Under the pieces are notes generated by a model, which was not told where the DNA came from, did not search any database, and saw only the letters and a program-made list of their open reading frames with translations. From Schizochytrium sp. TIO01 (taxonomy: Eukaryota > Protista > Bigyra: Labyrinthulomycetes): 64,000 bases of DNA. The translations under genes and the position numbers were made by a program. Shown piece after piece: positions 34,471 through 45,263 of the stretch. The first letter of the stretch is position 1, and every line of letters starts with the position of its first letter. The stretch covers positions 1,069,859-1,133,858 of the forward strand of contig SMSO01000006.1 of the NCBI GenBank assembly GCA_004764695.1, written 5' to 3'.

Positions 34471-36486
34471 TAATAAAAAATCAAACAAACGAGCAAAGTT
34501 TAACATTTAACATTTAAGTTTTAGTTTTAGTTGGAATCAATCTTTAAAATCGGCGGGACGCGATGGGGACTCACCGCCGAGGTACGCACACATTTCTGGA
34601 AAGTGGCGATTGTAGTACAAGCATGCACGAAAACACTGAGCAACACTGCGCATCTCACCGCCATAAGGATTTTGACCAAAAGGGAAGAATTTTGTCGCCA
34701 CATGCAGGCGCAAAGCATGCGCTCTCACCTCCCTCCTCAAACAATCCGAGTAAAGCTTGACAGGAACTCTTTCCATTTCACAAGGAAGGCGATTTATCGG
34801 TGGGTAATAGGCCCCTCCTAGACGGTTATAATGATATAGCGCCACGCGTAAAGGAGAAACAGGATTGAGATTTATTACTGCAGCAATCCATTTGGAGTCT
34901 GAATCAATCGAACTTTCTACGCAAATATGAGCATCACATGGCCAGTTCGTGATAAGTTGCAACAAGTCAAATAACACATGCACAATACTGAATGATCTAG
35001 ACACGTTACTATCATAACCTTTATGCCCCGTAAAGGAAATCGTGAGAAAACGAGGACGTGCGATGCACACGCACTTTTTTAATATCGCACGCATTGCTTT
35101 TGCATTCAAATCATCGATAGTAAACGAGAGAAAGAGGAACCTTGTGCTATGTGTACACCGTTCTTCTATCCATTGATCACTGCATTGTTCGATGTTACTA
35201 TAGAACGTAAACGCAAAGCCGTTAATAGCTTGCGATCGTGTACAGAAGTCAGATTGGCAAATGGTATAGAATCAGGTGTTCACGACGAGGGTAATTGATT
35301 TCGGGTCCAATCATTTAGGTCTGTCATGTGCCTTACAGTTTTAACAGTATGATTTGAGTTCTTCCATATATATACAAGAGTACGCAATTCTTGAGATCTC
35401 AGAATGGCTCTAGTATTCTAGTCTTGTTAAAATAGGACAATAACATCCTTTGATTGCAGCTCTTTTTACATCTATGAATTCCGATAGGTTGGATTAACGC
35501 AGCTAATGCATGACCTACGCATTGTCTTTCTTTTCCTCTTGCTCAGTTACTGTAACAATAGCTATCGCGATACTCAGCAGGTTCCTCTTAATCTGCCCAA
35601 AATATTTTAAAATTACCTACTTGGTGGGCGCTCAAACTGCTCGTGGGATTTATGTTTGGAGTGTGCAGGCACTGTACTCGGACATGGCTGGTGTCTTTTT
35701 TCATAAGCTGGAGTGCTTGTAGGGAGATTTGCTATTCAGTGTACGATCAATCAGATGATGCATCATATCAACTGCTGCTCAACCTACTTCCCCCTGACCA
35801 TTGGAAAGATAGCGGGTCCACCAAATTCACAGTTTTACGTGCAGCGAGTTTTCGAAGAGCCCTCCATGCTGATCTTCATAGTGGAATAAAGGTTTACCAG
35901 ACAATGAACTATTGCACCCCGTTTTGTCAGTTCTGTTCTGGTTTGTTGATTGTAGGTATCTTGTTATGTTATGCTTCGACGCCAATCCGTACACGTAATA
36001 GCAAGCTGAAGGGTGAGAGGTAGTTATAACAGCAGGCCCAGCCCTATGCGCCTGTTCGCTCCTACGTTATTGGAAAGGTAGACTGCGCTGCCCCAGGTTT
36101 TCCGGAAAGCCGCGGCACCGCTCTCAAAAATTCCAATTCCTATGCTCCTGCACTTCCCACAGCCCCTCCCAGTCTCTACAGAGACAATGTGAAAGAATTG
36201 CGATTGTCCTCTATCAGGTTTGTGAGGAGGTCAATGTCATTGCAGTCTTAATTCCACTGAGGATTTTCAGTATTAATTTAGAGAGAAAAGTCCATTTAAA
36301 CCGGTTTTTAACACCTTAAAAGCTTTTTCTCCCTCAGACCCCCACTGCAATGTAAACAACTTTTAAAGAAAAGTATTTAAAGCAAGTATTAAAGCAAAAC
36401 CAGAAGCAGCAGTGAAAGCAAAACCATATTAGAATCAGGTCAAGCGTAGAAAGACGCAGAGCGAGCATCACGGTTACTGAGGAACC

Positions 36487-38460
36487 ATGAGCAGCGAAGG
36501 AGCAGGAAGTTCGAGCAACAACGCGGCAAAGCCCAAAGGAGTCGTCGATTTGTGTGACCTGAGCGATAGTGACAGCGATGATGAGAGCAATGACAGCGTC
36601 TCAGGCAAGGAATGCCCCGACCCCTCGGCCTCTGCCCCGGATCCAATATTAAAAGAGGAGCCCGGGGAGCCTGAACCAACCCTCCAGTGCACAGGATCGT
36701 CGAGCTCGTCTACTCAAGTTCAAGATGATGACTCCCAAGTCGGAAGGGTTCCAAAATGTGCTGAGTCTGAGTCTAAGTCTGGAAAAGAAAAGCAGGACCA
36801 CGGCGAAGTAGTGGACAATTGCAGCGACAACGAAAATGATAGCAGCGGAGCGGCGGACGACACAGAGCGGAACGACTCAGCTCAAAAGGAGAATCCCGGC
36901 CTCAGCAACATAGCAAACATGACTGAGGGTCCCCAAGCTCAACGTCGAAATGCTGAATCAGACGATTTAGTGAAAAAGGCCAGAGCTGCGCTAATGAAAA
37001 TTATCAATTATCTTCATAAACAAAAGGAAGAGCCTCCTCAGGTTTTAACAGTTCAATTTTTCAAAACTTTCAGGGGTAGGGAACTTAAACTGAACAATTC
37101 TCCCGTCTCTGCAAGAGATGTTGGGTATGGACCTGGACTTATTTGGGATGACATCAGCCCCCTCGTTTCTGGCACGGACGCTCATGAAGATACAAGAACA
37201 GAAGCACTCAACAACGCTCTTGCTAGGAACCACTACTGGTTCAAAATCGAGAAGTTGGAGCGATTTGAAGAAAGGGACGGCAGCATGATAGGGTCGTTCG
37301 AGATTCATTTCAATGAAGAAATGACTTTCACACATTCAGACTTCGCTGATGCTCGTAACGAATCGGATGAAAGCGAAGGAGAGGACTCAGATGACGAGGG
37401 CTTAGATGACGAGGGCTTAGATGACGAGGGCTTAGATGACGAGGACTCAGATAATGAGGGGCATCAAAGATCTCTGTCAAAGAAGAAGCAGAAAAGGAAG
37501 AAGGGCCCAACTACTATAATTGTGAGAATTATCAAAAGAATTGCTCGTCACACGTCTCAGACTTCCGCGTCTCGAAAAGTTGTCTATGGCAAACCTTTGA
37601 AGGGCGGTAAGGGTGTTCAAATAAGGGTTGATGATGAGCCTATCCCAGCAAAAGATGTTCACTTCGAGGCTGGAGCCTCGCTAGATGCAATCAGGGCACT
37701 GATCCACAACTGTGACAGCATTGACCAGCAAACTAATGCAATCAACGACATCCTCGAGGATGCTGGTTGCAAAGTCAGAGTCCGCAAGGTAAACTTCACC
37801 AAGGACGAAGAAAGCGAAGACAAGGTCTTTGGCACTTTCAGAATCGAAATGCCAAAGTCAGGATCGCCCAGCTTGAGGAAGGCATCCACGGAGGATGCAG
37901 AGGATGAAGATTCGCGGCCCCGCTCAAGACGTGTCCAGACGAAAACCTCATTTTATCATAACACTGAGCACTGCCACGGTTCTAAACGCAAACGCGACAC
38001 GGATGCTGGTACAAGTAAAGGTAATTTGTCCAAGAAGACTTCAACTCGAGGTGCCAGTAGCAGTAGCCGCAGCGATGCAGACACCGTGAGCATGAGTCAT
38101 AGTAGTGTTGATGCCAGCAACCAGAGTAGAAATGATGACGGGAGCAAGCGTCGTAGGAGGGGTAGCAACGCAAGCAACACGAGCCAGGGTGATGTAACTG
38201 CTATCAATACGAACACGTCTGATACAGCCTCAGTCGTAACGACTCAAAGTAACGCTGTAGAGGAAGAACAAAGACAAGAAGAAGAAGAACAACAAGAAGA
38301 AAAAGAAAAAGAAGAACAAGAAAAAGAAGAACAAGAACAAGAACAAGAACAAGAAGATGATGCTACGAGAAGATTTAAATTGTTGTTCCAAATGGCTCCT
38401 AAAGATGTACAACTTCAGCTCCTAAAAGAAAGTCTCGCGAGCATAGAAAAGTTTGGATAA
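36487..38460 (+). CDS. Uncharacterised paralogue 5 (A+B domains, E/Q-rich expansion, C-terminal helix)
   Basis: 657-aa ORF with the same architecture as paralogue 4. Contains 15-bp DDEGL repeats and a GAA/CAA tract. Confidence 0.88.
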   Translation: MSSEGAGSSSNNAAKPKGVVDLCDLSDSDSDDESNDSVSGKECPDPSASAPDPILKEEPGEPEPTLQCTGSSSSSTQVQDDDSQVGRVPKCAESESKSGKEKQDHGEVVDNCSDNENDSSGAADDTERNDSAQKENPGLSNIANMTEGPQAQRRNAESDDLVKKARAALMKIINYLHKQKEEPPQVLTVQFFKTFRGRELKLNNSPVSARDVGYGPGLIWDDISPLVSGTDAHEDTRTEALNNALARNHYWFKIEKLERFEERDGSMIGSFEIHFNEEMTFTHSDFADARNESDESEGEDSDDEGLDDEGLDDEGLDDEDSDNEGHQRSLSKKKQKRKKGPTTIIVRIIKRIARHTSQTSASRKVVYGKPLKGGKGVQIRVDDEPIPAKDVHFEAGASLDAIRALIHNCDSIDQQTNAINDILEDAGCKVRVRKVNFTKDEESEDKVFGTFRIEMPKSGSPSLRKASTEDAEDEDSRPRSRRVQTKTSFYHNTEHCHGSKRKRDTDAGTSKGNLSKKTSTRGASSSSRSDADTVSMSHSSVDASNQSRNDDGSKRRRRGSNASNTSQGDVTAINTNTSDTASVVTTQSNAVEEEQRQEEEEQQEEKEKEEQEKEEQEQEQEQEDDATRRFKLLFQMAPKDVQLQLLKESLASIEKFG

Positions 38461-38996
38461 TCCAGCAAGTGTGATCTTGGGAATGCCAGACAAAATAACT
38501 ACATAAGTAGGCTATAACTTGTTGAGAGTTACATTGGTTTCATTAATTATGTTCTCAAAGTGTTCTCTATTTTGAAAAACTTCATTTTAACCTCTGAGAA
38601 ATGAGCAAAGCAAGGTATCGAATCAGAAGGCCAGCCCTTCCACAGTTTTTCATTAGTACCCCACGCAAAGTCATACAACATAGGATTCACCAAACGCAAG
38701 CTTACATGTATTGAATCACACGGCCCTTGGTACATGTGACTATCTGCTATGAGACATCCAGTCCAACCAGATCGAGCCTATCTAATCAACATACTGGAAA
38801 TCAAAGTCATAACAACTTGAAGTTTTAAAAAGAGAATCGATGTACGATACAGTTAGAATCATTCATCTTCATGAACATGAGTATTAGAAGATGGTAGACG
38901 TGAGACTTCTAAGCTAAGAGCCTATTAATTTGGGAGCCCAACTCAAGACTGCACGAATTGTTTCAATTCTGGAATGACGACGATAAGTTTATTGAT
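36937..38996 (+). repeat. Recent tandem segmental duplication, copy 2
   Basis: Aligns with 32141-34071. Confidence 0.9.
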
Positions 38997-40380
38997 TGAC
39001 AACCAGGTATAGAATCAGGTGTTCACGACGAGGGTGATTGATTTCGGGTCCAATTGTTTTGGTCTATAAAATGATATATTTTGTGAAGCCTGATATGTTA
39101 GTATTTATTGATAACTTTAATGCTATACCATTATATATTTGTTGAAATTTGAAAATTATTCAAAGGACTTTAGAGGTTCAATTACTAGGTTAACATTGTT
39201 CACACTAGTCTCCATCTTTCGCCCTCGATTTGCTGAAGCACTCGAAAATCAACATTTCCAGTTAGACAGAACCGTAAGTTTGAAAGTTGAACTATGAGTT
39301 TTAGATAATTTTGCTCCGGTTAAGTACGAGTTCGTGCGCATGAAACTAGATCGTGTCTTATGATAGCACCATTCAGTTTTGTTAACTATAGCGCTTTCAA
39401 ATTCGCCTGGTGCGATTGAATTATAATGTTATACTTAAAAAAGTATCCTGAGTTTAAGAAATGTCCTTAAGTTATACTCAATTCCTAGAGATGGATAAGC
39501 AAATAGCATATCGAGTACCGGTATGTCTGCTCTTCCCCCTTGACATAATTTTAAGTTTGTTCTGATTTAACATCATGTACATATATATACATAGGTAACA
39601 TATATGGAAGCAGTATAAATAAACTCCTGCGGGAACTGAATAGCAGGTTTGCAATTTGCAGCTATCTTTTTCGCCTCCTTTGTGCAAGGAAAAAGTAGAC
39701 ATTTTTGTTTTAGCTTCTTTGAGTATAACAATGACCAATTTCAGAAAATGTCTGGACGACTGAAACGACTCCTCTTACTTGCTGTCATGCGGGCAATGCT
39801 GTTTAACTTATCATGAACTTTCGCAGAATCTCAAGCCGTGCATGTGTTGGTTTCTACCATGCAATAAGGACCTCTACGTGTTGAGTCTTGCGGTATCGCT
39901 GTATCTATACTGGCATAGTACAGTGAAACTTTTATGAGAGTGTGAAAGTCCGAGCATCAATTCCGAACTGCAGATCGCACGGACCGTGGTGACGTGGGTT
40001 TGTTTTTATCATTGAACTCAAGCTACTCCATCTTCATTTCCTTGCACTCCGCAGCCATGCCATCTCCAAATCTCAACAGCACATAGGAATTTCAGCCCAA
40101 GTTTCACGATCGCAGACACAGCAAGATTTGGTAGTTGCCTCGCGCAATTGGAATCTACACTTCTTCTTCATCGCAACAATCGCAATAATACCTCCTTCTT
40201 CCTTTTCTTTCCACTCGCATTCCACGTCAAGGGTTCTTCACTTCTGCATTTTCGCATGCTCTGTCAGCCTTCAGCTTTTACAAAGTCATTTACAACTACT
40301 AGGCGTGCTTAATATAGAATTTTAATTAAGTGCAGCAGTCTTCAGCAAATGTCGAACTCTTCTTGAGGAAAGTAGAAAGG

Positions 40381-40698
40381 ATGCCTGTGTCTCGCAACGC
40401 CAAGACCGCCGTGGGCCTCGTGGCCTTCGTGAGCGTGTGCTCCGCAATCCCTCTGTGGTCGAGCTACACCATGAAGAACAAGCAGAAGAACCTCACACAG
40501 TCCGAGAAGGCTCTTACGGGCACCCAGGTCATCCGAGGCGCCTACCTAAACACAGGATCCAAGGACGCTGGCGTGGACCCTGACTGGGACTTCGAGAACC
40601 GCGTGTGGCGAGGAAAACGCACGCAGCACCCCCCCCGCCCCGAAGGATTTGCCCACCAGCCCGCCGACGCCGCCCCGGCCGCCACAAGTCAGGAGTGA
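40381..40698 (+). CDS. Small conserved single-transmembrane protein (RGAYLNTGSKD.G.DP motif)
   Basis: N-terminal hydrophobic helix AVGLVAFVSVCSAIPLW and a GC3-biased ORF. The motif resembles an uncharacterised plant/algal small-protein family (recalled, not searched). Confidence 0.75.
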   Translation: MPVSRNAKTAVGLVAFVSVCSAIPLWSSYTMKNKQKNLTQSEKALTGTQVIRGAYLNTGSKDAGVDPDWDFENRVWRGKRTQHPPRPEGFAHQPADAAPAATSQE

Positions 40699-40971
40699 GG
40701 TCACAGAGAGACCTCACCAAGCAGCGCCAACAACCACCCCGAGGACGGCACCGTCTACGCCTTTAGCGACCTGCAAAGCGTCCCCGTCATCGGCCACGCC
40801 TGCACCACGCAACTTCAATGAGGGAGGGCGCCATCGCTCGCTGTGGGGTCGAGTCTGCTTGGCGCCGCCTTGAGTCCCCGCTGCTTCGAGGTGCCGCAGA
40901 GAGGGCGCTGTGGTGCTGCCCTCACAGCAAGCACCGCGAAACACGCACGCGGCGGGGTCTGTAGTAACAGT

Positions 40972-41005
40972 AGCTATAGCTAGCTAGCTAGCTAGCTAGC
41001 TAGCC
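40972..41005. repeat. (TAGC)n microsatellite
   Basis: Seen directly in the sequence. Confidence 0.85.
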
Positions 41006-41270
41006 AAGGAGAAGGCTTCGCTTAGGAGCACTTTCTGATGATAATGATGTAGTGCAAACAAGGCCAAGTGATTCCTAAAAAATGAAACATGTTAGAGAGT
41101 ATACATCACGCGAGAGCCAAGACCGATCAGTGTACCGCCATGCCATGGGCACCCTGGTAGGACGCGATGAAAGGAAAGCTGGCTGGCCAAAGTGGGCCCA
41201 GAACCAGAAAAGATGACCCAAAACATAACCAAAACACTCACAATTCACATTGTTGGACAAGGCAAAGAAC

Positions 41271-41324
41271 ACATACATTCATACATACATTCATACATTC
41301 ATACATTCATACATTCATACATAC
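41271..41324. repeat. (CATA/CATT)n microsatellite
   Basis: Seen directly. Lies upstream of the likely methyltransferase ATG. Confidence 0.85.
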
Positions 41325-41479
41325 AGAGGAGGACTAAGGTACCTCTAGAGCTACATACTGTTAGCGACGAGACAGATTGTAGCAGTGGTGCGGAGAATTT
41401 GGACGTCAGCGAAGCCGTATTGAGGCAGGTTTCGAGGAGCAGACTGCGACGGAGAAGACGAAGCAGGGGCTTAGGTAAA

Positions 41480-42484
41480 ATGGCCACGGCTGCTCCTGAG
41501 GTCGAGGGCACAAGGGCCGGCGTGGAAGAGATGAGCGAAGGTGCGAGGAATGGTGATCCGGCTATGGGCTTTCGTGGACAAGGTTATGCTGGAGACATTT
41601 CTAATGCGCCAGGACAATCGCAGATGCAGGAGAATGTCGAGGACCTTGCGGAAAAGTTTACTAATGCCAATTTGCAAGATTCAACAGAACATCAGAAAGA
41701 GGCTAGCAAAACTGAAGAAGAAAGCGATGAGGAAGACTTTCATTTCGACCCGTCAATCTTCCTGCCTAAACCTGACGATGCTGTTCTAGTCGACTTTGAC
41801 TTTCTTGGCAAAAAGGTTGAACTCTTCGTGCAAAAGGCAAACGCAACTGCTTTTGACATGACTGGTGTTATTGTCTGGCCTGTCTCGCAATTGCTCGCGT
41901 GGTATCTGGTTGCACACCAGGAGCTTGTGCAAGGTCAGAATGTCGTTGAGATTGGCGCTGGTTGTGGACTTGTCAGCTTTACCGCCGCCCAGCTCCAGCC
42001 TGCGTCTGTCTGTATTACAGATGGCGAAGACATCGTCTGTGAAATGTTGCGCCGCAGTGCCAAGCATGCCGAGGAGAACGCTCCTGTGGACTCACCGCCT
42101 ATTCACGTGCAGAAGCTGCTTTGGGGCGATGATAACGAATCATTAGATGAGCTCGTTAAATCTTCAGCCTTCCAGCCAACATCTGTGGTCGTTGGCGCAG
42201 ATGTTTTCCATCCGTCATTCGGTAACCCGGAGGAGGTCTTTGAGCTGGTTGAGGCCCTCGCTTCGCGTACACAAGGTGGTGCTGGTGAGGTAAAATTCAT
42301 TTGTGGGTTTGTGGATCGCTGTAATCAGCCCAGTGTCTTTAAAGCTGCTGAAACCTGTGGATTTACAATGGAATCCGAGGATCCGGATTCATTCTTGCCT
42401 TCTCATATTCGTGCAGCTGACCTTAGCCAGCGCCAGCTTCAATTGCTTCGTTTTTCAAAGAATTTGCCTGCTTCTTCTGCTTAG
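41480..42484 (+). CDS. Seven-beta-strand protein methyltransferase, Methyltransf_16/METTL21-like family
   Basis: TGVIVWPVS, motif I VVEIGAGCG, post-I ITDG, KLLWG, motif II GADVFH. Likely ATG at 41480. Confidence 0.9.
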   Translation: MATAAPEVEGTRAGVEEMSEGARNGDPAMGFRGQGYAGDISNAPGQSQMQENVEDLAEKFTNANLQDSTEHQKEASKTEEESDEEDFHFDPSIFLPKPDDAVLVDFDFLGKKVELFVQKANATAFDMTGVIVWPVSQLLAWYLVAHQELVQGQNVVEIGAGCGLVSFTAAQLQPASVCITDGEDIVCEMLRRSAKHAEENAPVDSPPIHVQKLLWGDDNESLDELVKSSAFQPTSVVVGADVFHPSFGNPEEVFELVEALASRTQGGAGEVKFICGFVDRCNQPSVFKAAETCGFTMESEDPDSFLPSHIRAADLSQRQLQLLRFSKNLPASSA

Positions 42485-44019
42485 TTTAGTGCAACAATTC
42501 TGTACTGATCTATACATGCGAACAATTCTATTGCACCTCCTGAGAGTGCTAACCCTTCGTTTTCTTTTAAAGTACTCGTACTTCTCTCTCTCCTTCACTC
42601 TGTGAATAATTCTCTTCTACTTCTTCGAGACCAATCCTCATTTCTCAATTAATCGTTTTCTGAATTGATGAAGACTCTAGTACCTACACCATGCGCTGCT
42701 ATTATACTCAAGCCCAATATAAACTTGCATACTCATTTAATTGTTGCTGATTACGTTCAGGATGAACTAAGTAGTCTCCGTATTTAAATATAACTTGCAT
42801 GCTGTTTACTTTTTGCAATTCCTAAAGTTATAAAAGTCTGATAAGGGTGACCGCTTGGGTTCGCTCGTGATTACCTGGGGTCTTTCTAGGCTGCATCGAT
42901 CACTTGTTTTGCTGTTTGAAAAGAATAAGGAATTTGCAAAGAGGGACATATTCATTAACCTCAAGACACCACTTAAGTGTCGTAATATTAATAAAAAAAG
43001 AATTAGACTACGATAGATCTATTGCTTAGCGGAAATTATTAAGATTATAAAACGCATTCGATCTTGAAAACCTTCATTTTGCCGAATGTAGAACCACTGG
43101 CTATATCTTTCAATTTTAATTTTTGAAAAAAAACGTCCTCAAATCGATGTTGACTTCTGGTACCCGGTGAAGGTCGAGGTTACCAGCCCTTTGAACTATT
43201 ACAGAATGTTTTTTTGTCTAATTTAAGTTTATAGCTTCCATGGATGGTCGCATGTTGCGATTTCCACTCATGAATATCGCAAGTTAGTAATCACATTATC
43301 TTTTCAGAATACACATCTCTTCTCCTAATGCCGCAAGATGGAAAAAACTGCAGCGATTCGGGCAGGAGCGTGCATGATTGCACATTATCCCATTTCTAAA
43401 TTCACATTTCGAGCATTTTCCATTTACCAAGTTCAACGCTGTCAACCATCACATAAGCAAAACGATAAATCTTCACATACTTGACCATCGCTGGACATGC
43501 TATCCAGATGCCACTTCAATTCCTGCTCTAACTTACCTTTAGTATTGACTTCCATTTATTTTTTAAAGTAGCATCAGTTAAATTTTTTACCAAGACGCAA
43601 GAACGTTGGTGACTTCTATTGTTTGTATTATGTAATCGCTAGCTTGAAATGACGAAAAACTTGGTTCACAGGAGAAAGAAAGGGAAACAAATCAACTAAT
43701 AAATAGACTACTATCCAAACGAACAAGACAGCAGCAAGCAAACCACGATTGATCGGCGAGTCAGCGAGTTCCTACGCCCAGGTAGACCTTAGTCTCATCT
43801 CAGTGCCTTCTCTGTTCTTAGCGGGAGGGGGGTCACGCAGGTGTTTGCGAACTGGACGGCGGCGGATTCAGTCGAGCGGCACCGAGAGAAATTCGTTCCT
43901 TGCTTGATCTCTTGCAGATATCTGATATCTGACACACCAGGAAGCACGGAAAGAGAACTCAAGGTACCGCACGAGAGGTGTTTACGAAAGTACCGAAGAA
44001 CTTTGAACCCCTGAAGAAA

Positions 44020-44373
44020 ATGAGTAGCAGCAGTAGCAGTAGCAGCAACAATGCCGCTTCTGGAGCAGCAGGAGGCGTCGCGACGAAGCGAACTTATGTC
44101 AAATTGATCAGTGCAGAGGGTCATGAATTCTTTTTGGACAAGGATATTGCGATGATCGCCAAGACCATTGCTGCAATGCTCACAGGCAACTTCTCAGAGT
44201 CCAAGGGCGAGATCAGATTTCCGGAGATTTCAACAAAGGTTTTGGAGAAAGTTGTGCAGTATTTGCACTACAGACAAAAGCATACCAATTCCACGCAGCC
44301 TATTCCGGAGTTTCACATCGACCCGGCAATTGTTGCTGATCTCCTCATGGCAGCCAACTTTCTCAATTGCTAG
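44020..44373 (+). CDS. ELOC: Elongin C
   Basis: YVKLISAEGHEF, TIAAML, FSESKGEIRFPEI, VLEKVVQYL, IPEFHI, LLMAANFLNC. ATG at 44020. Confidence 0.96.
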   Translation: MSSSSSSSSNNAASGAAGGVATKRTYVKLISAEGHEFFLDKDIAMIAKTIAAMLTGNFSESKGEIRFPEISTKVLEKVVQYLHYRQKHTNSTQPIPEFHIDPAIVADLLMAANFLNC

Positions 44374-45263
44374 ATCTCTCTTCAATCATATACACGATAC
44401 CTTTCTCAGTTGTTTAACATTCTCGTCGTATCTCTGCTACTGCCAAAAAGCACAGGTGCGATTGTTTACCTATCTTCACTACATAAATCGCGCAGCGAAA
44501 CTATACTTCAAACCGATAGTCCATATACCTTTACCAGTAATACTTTGCAAAATCATCTCTTTGTCTCTTTTGTTTTTGCTCTCTTGTTTATAAAGATCAA
44601 TGTGATGTGTTGGATCAAAGGGTGCACCGGTCACTATATACATTTTATTTTATTTTTTGCAGAAATCCAAATTAGTCTATACAAAAACCCAATGCGTTGC
44701 ATCCATTATTAGAAACCTGTCCTTGCGGCATCTGTTTCCACAGAGGAAGTTCAGCAACATCGCTCGGTTATCCTCTCTTGGAAAAGCTCTACGCATCAGA
44801 ACTAAGTACATTTAATGTCCTCTCAGCCACCAAACCAGGAGAAACAATCATACGTAGACATACTTGAGACATTGAAACAAGGATTCGGAGAGGTAATTCA
44901 ACGCTCCGGATGAAAATCTAGCAACGTAAAGTAGAAGGCAGAAGGATGAGCAAGCACAACCACTTTGTGAAATGACTATTTGTCTTGCGGAAAAAAGAGA
45001 AGTATGAATCAAATGGTCTGTTAAGTAAAATTAGTTGTGACTTTTGTGCTGCACTTTGCATCGTCAAGTCGAGCTCATTACGAGATTCATCAAGAGCTTC
45101 GATTGGCATGGGATATTGAAATTGAAAGAAAAAGTTATGAATCAATGAATTTGTTATTTTTATAAATGCAAACTTTGTAAAGGAGTAGTGTTCAAAATTC
45201 AAGGGATACTACTGATCGGAATTTGGTGAAGTCAAGTGAGATGAGGCGGAATAAATCTTAATC

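Noticed and set aside
23126-38460. Paralogue cluster as transposase, nuclease or viral genes
   Set aside because: No DDE, HUH, PD-(D/E)xK or capsid motifs were recognised, and there are no TIRs or TSDs around the units. This cannot be fully excluded without profile searches.
41192-41479. N-terminal extension of the methyltransferase
   Set aside because: It has a GTG start and runs through a CATA microsatellite. ATG 41480 is more plausible.
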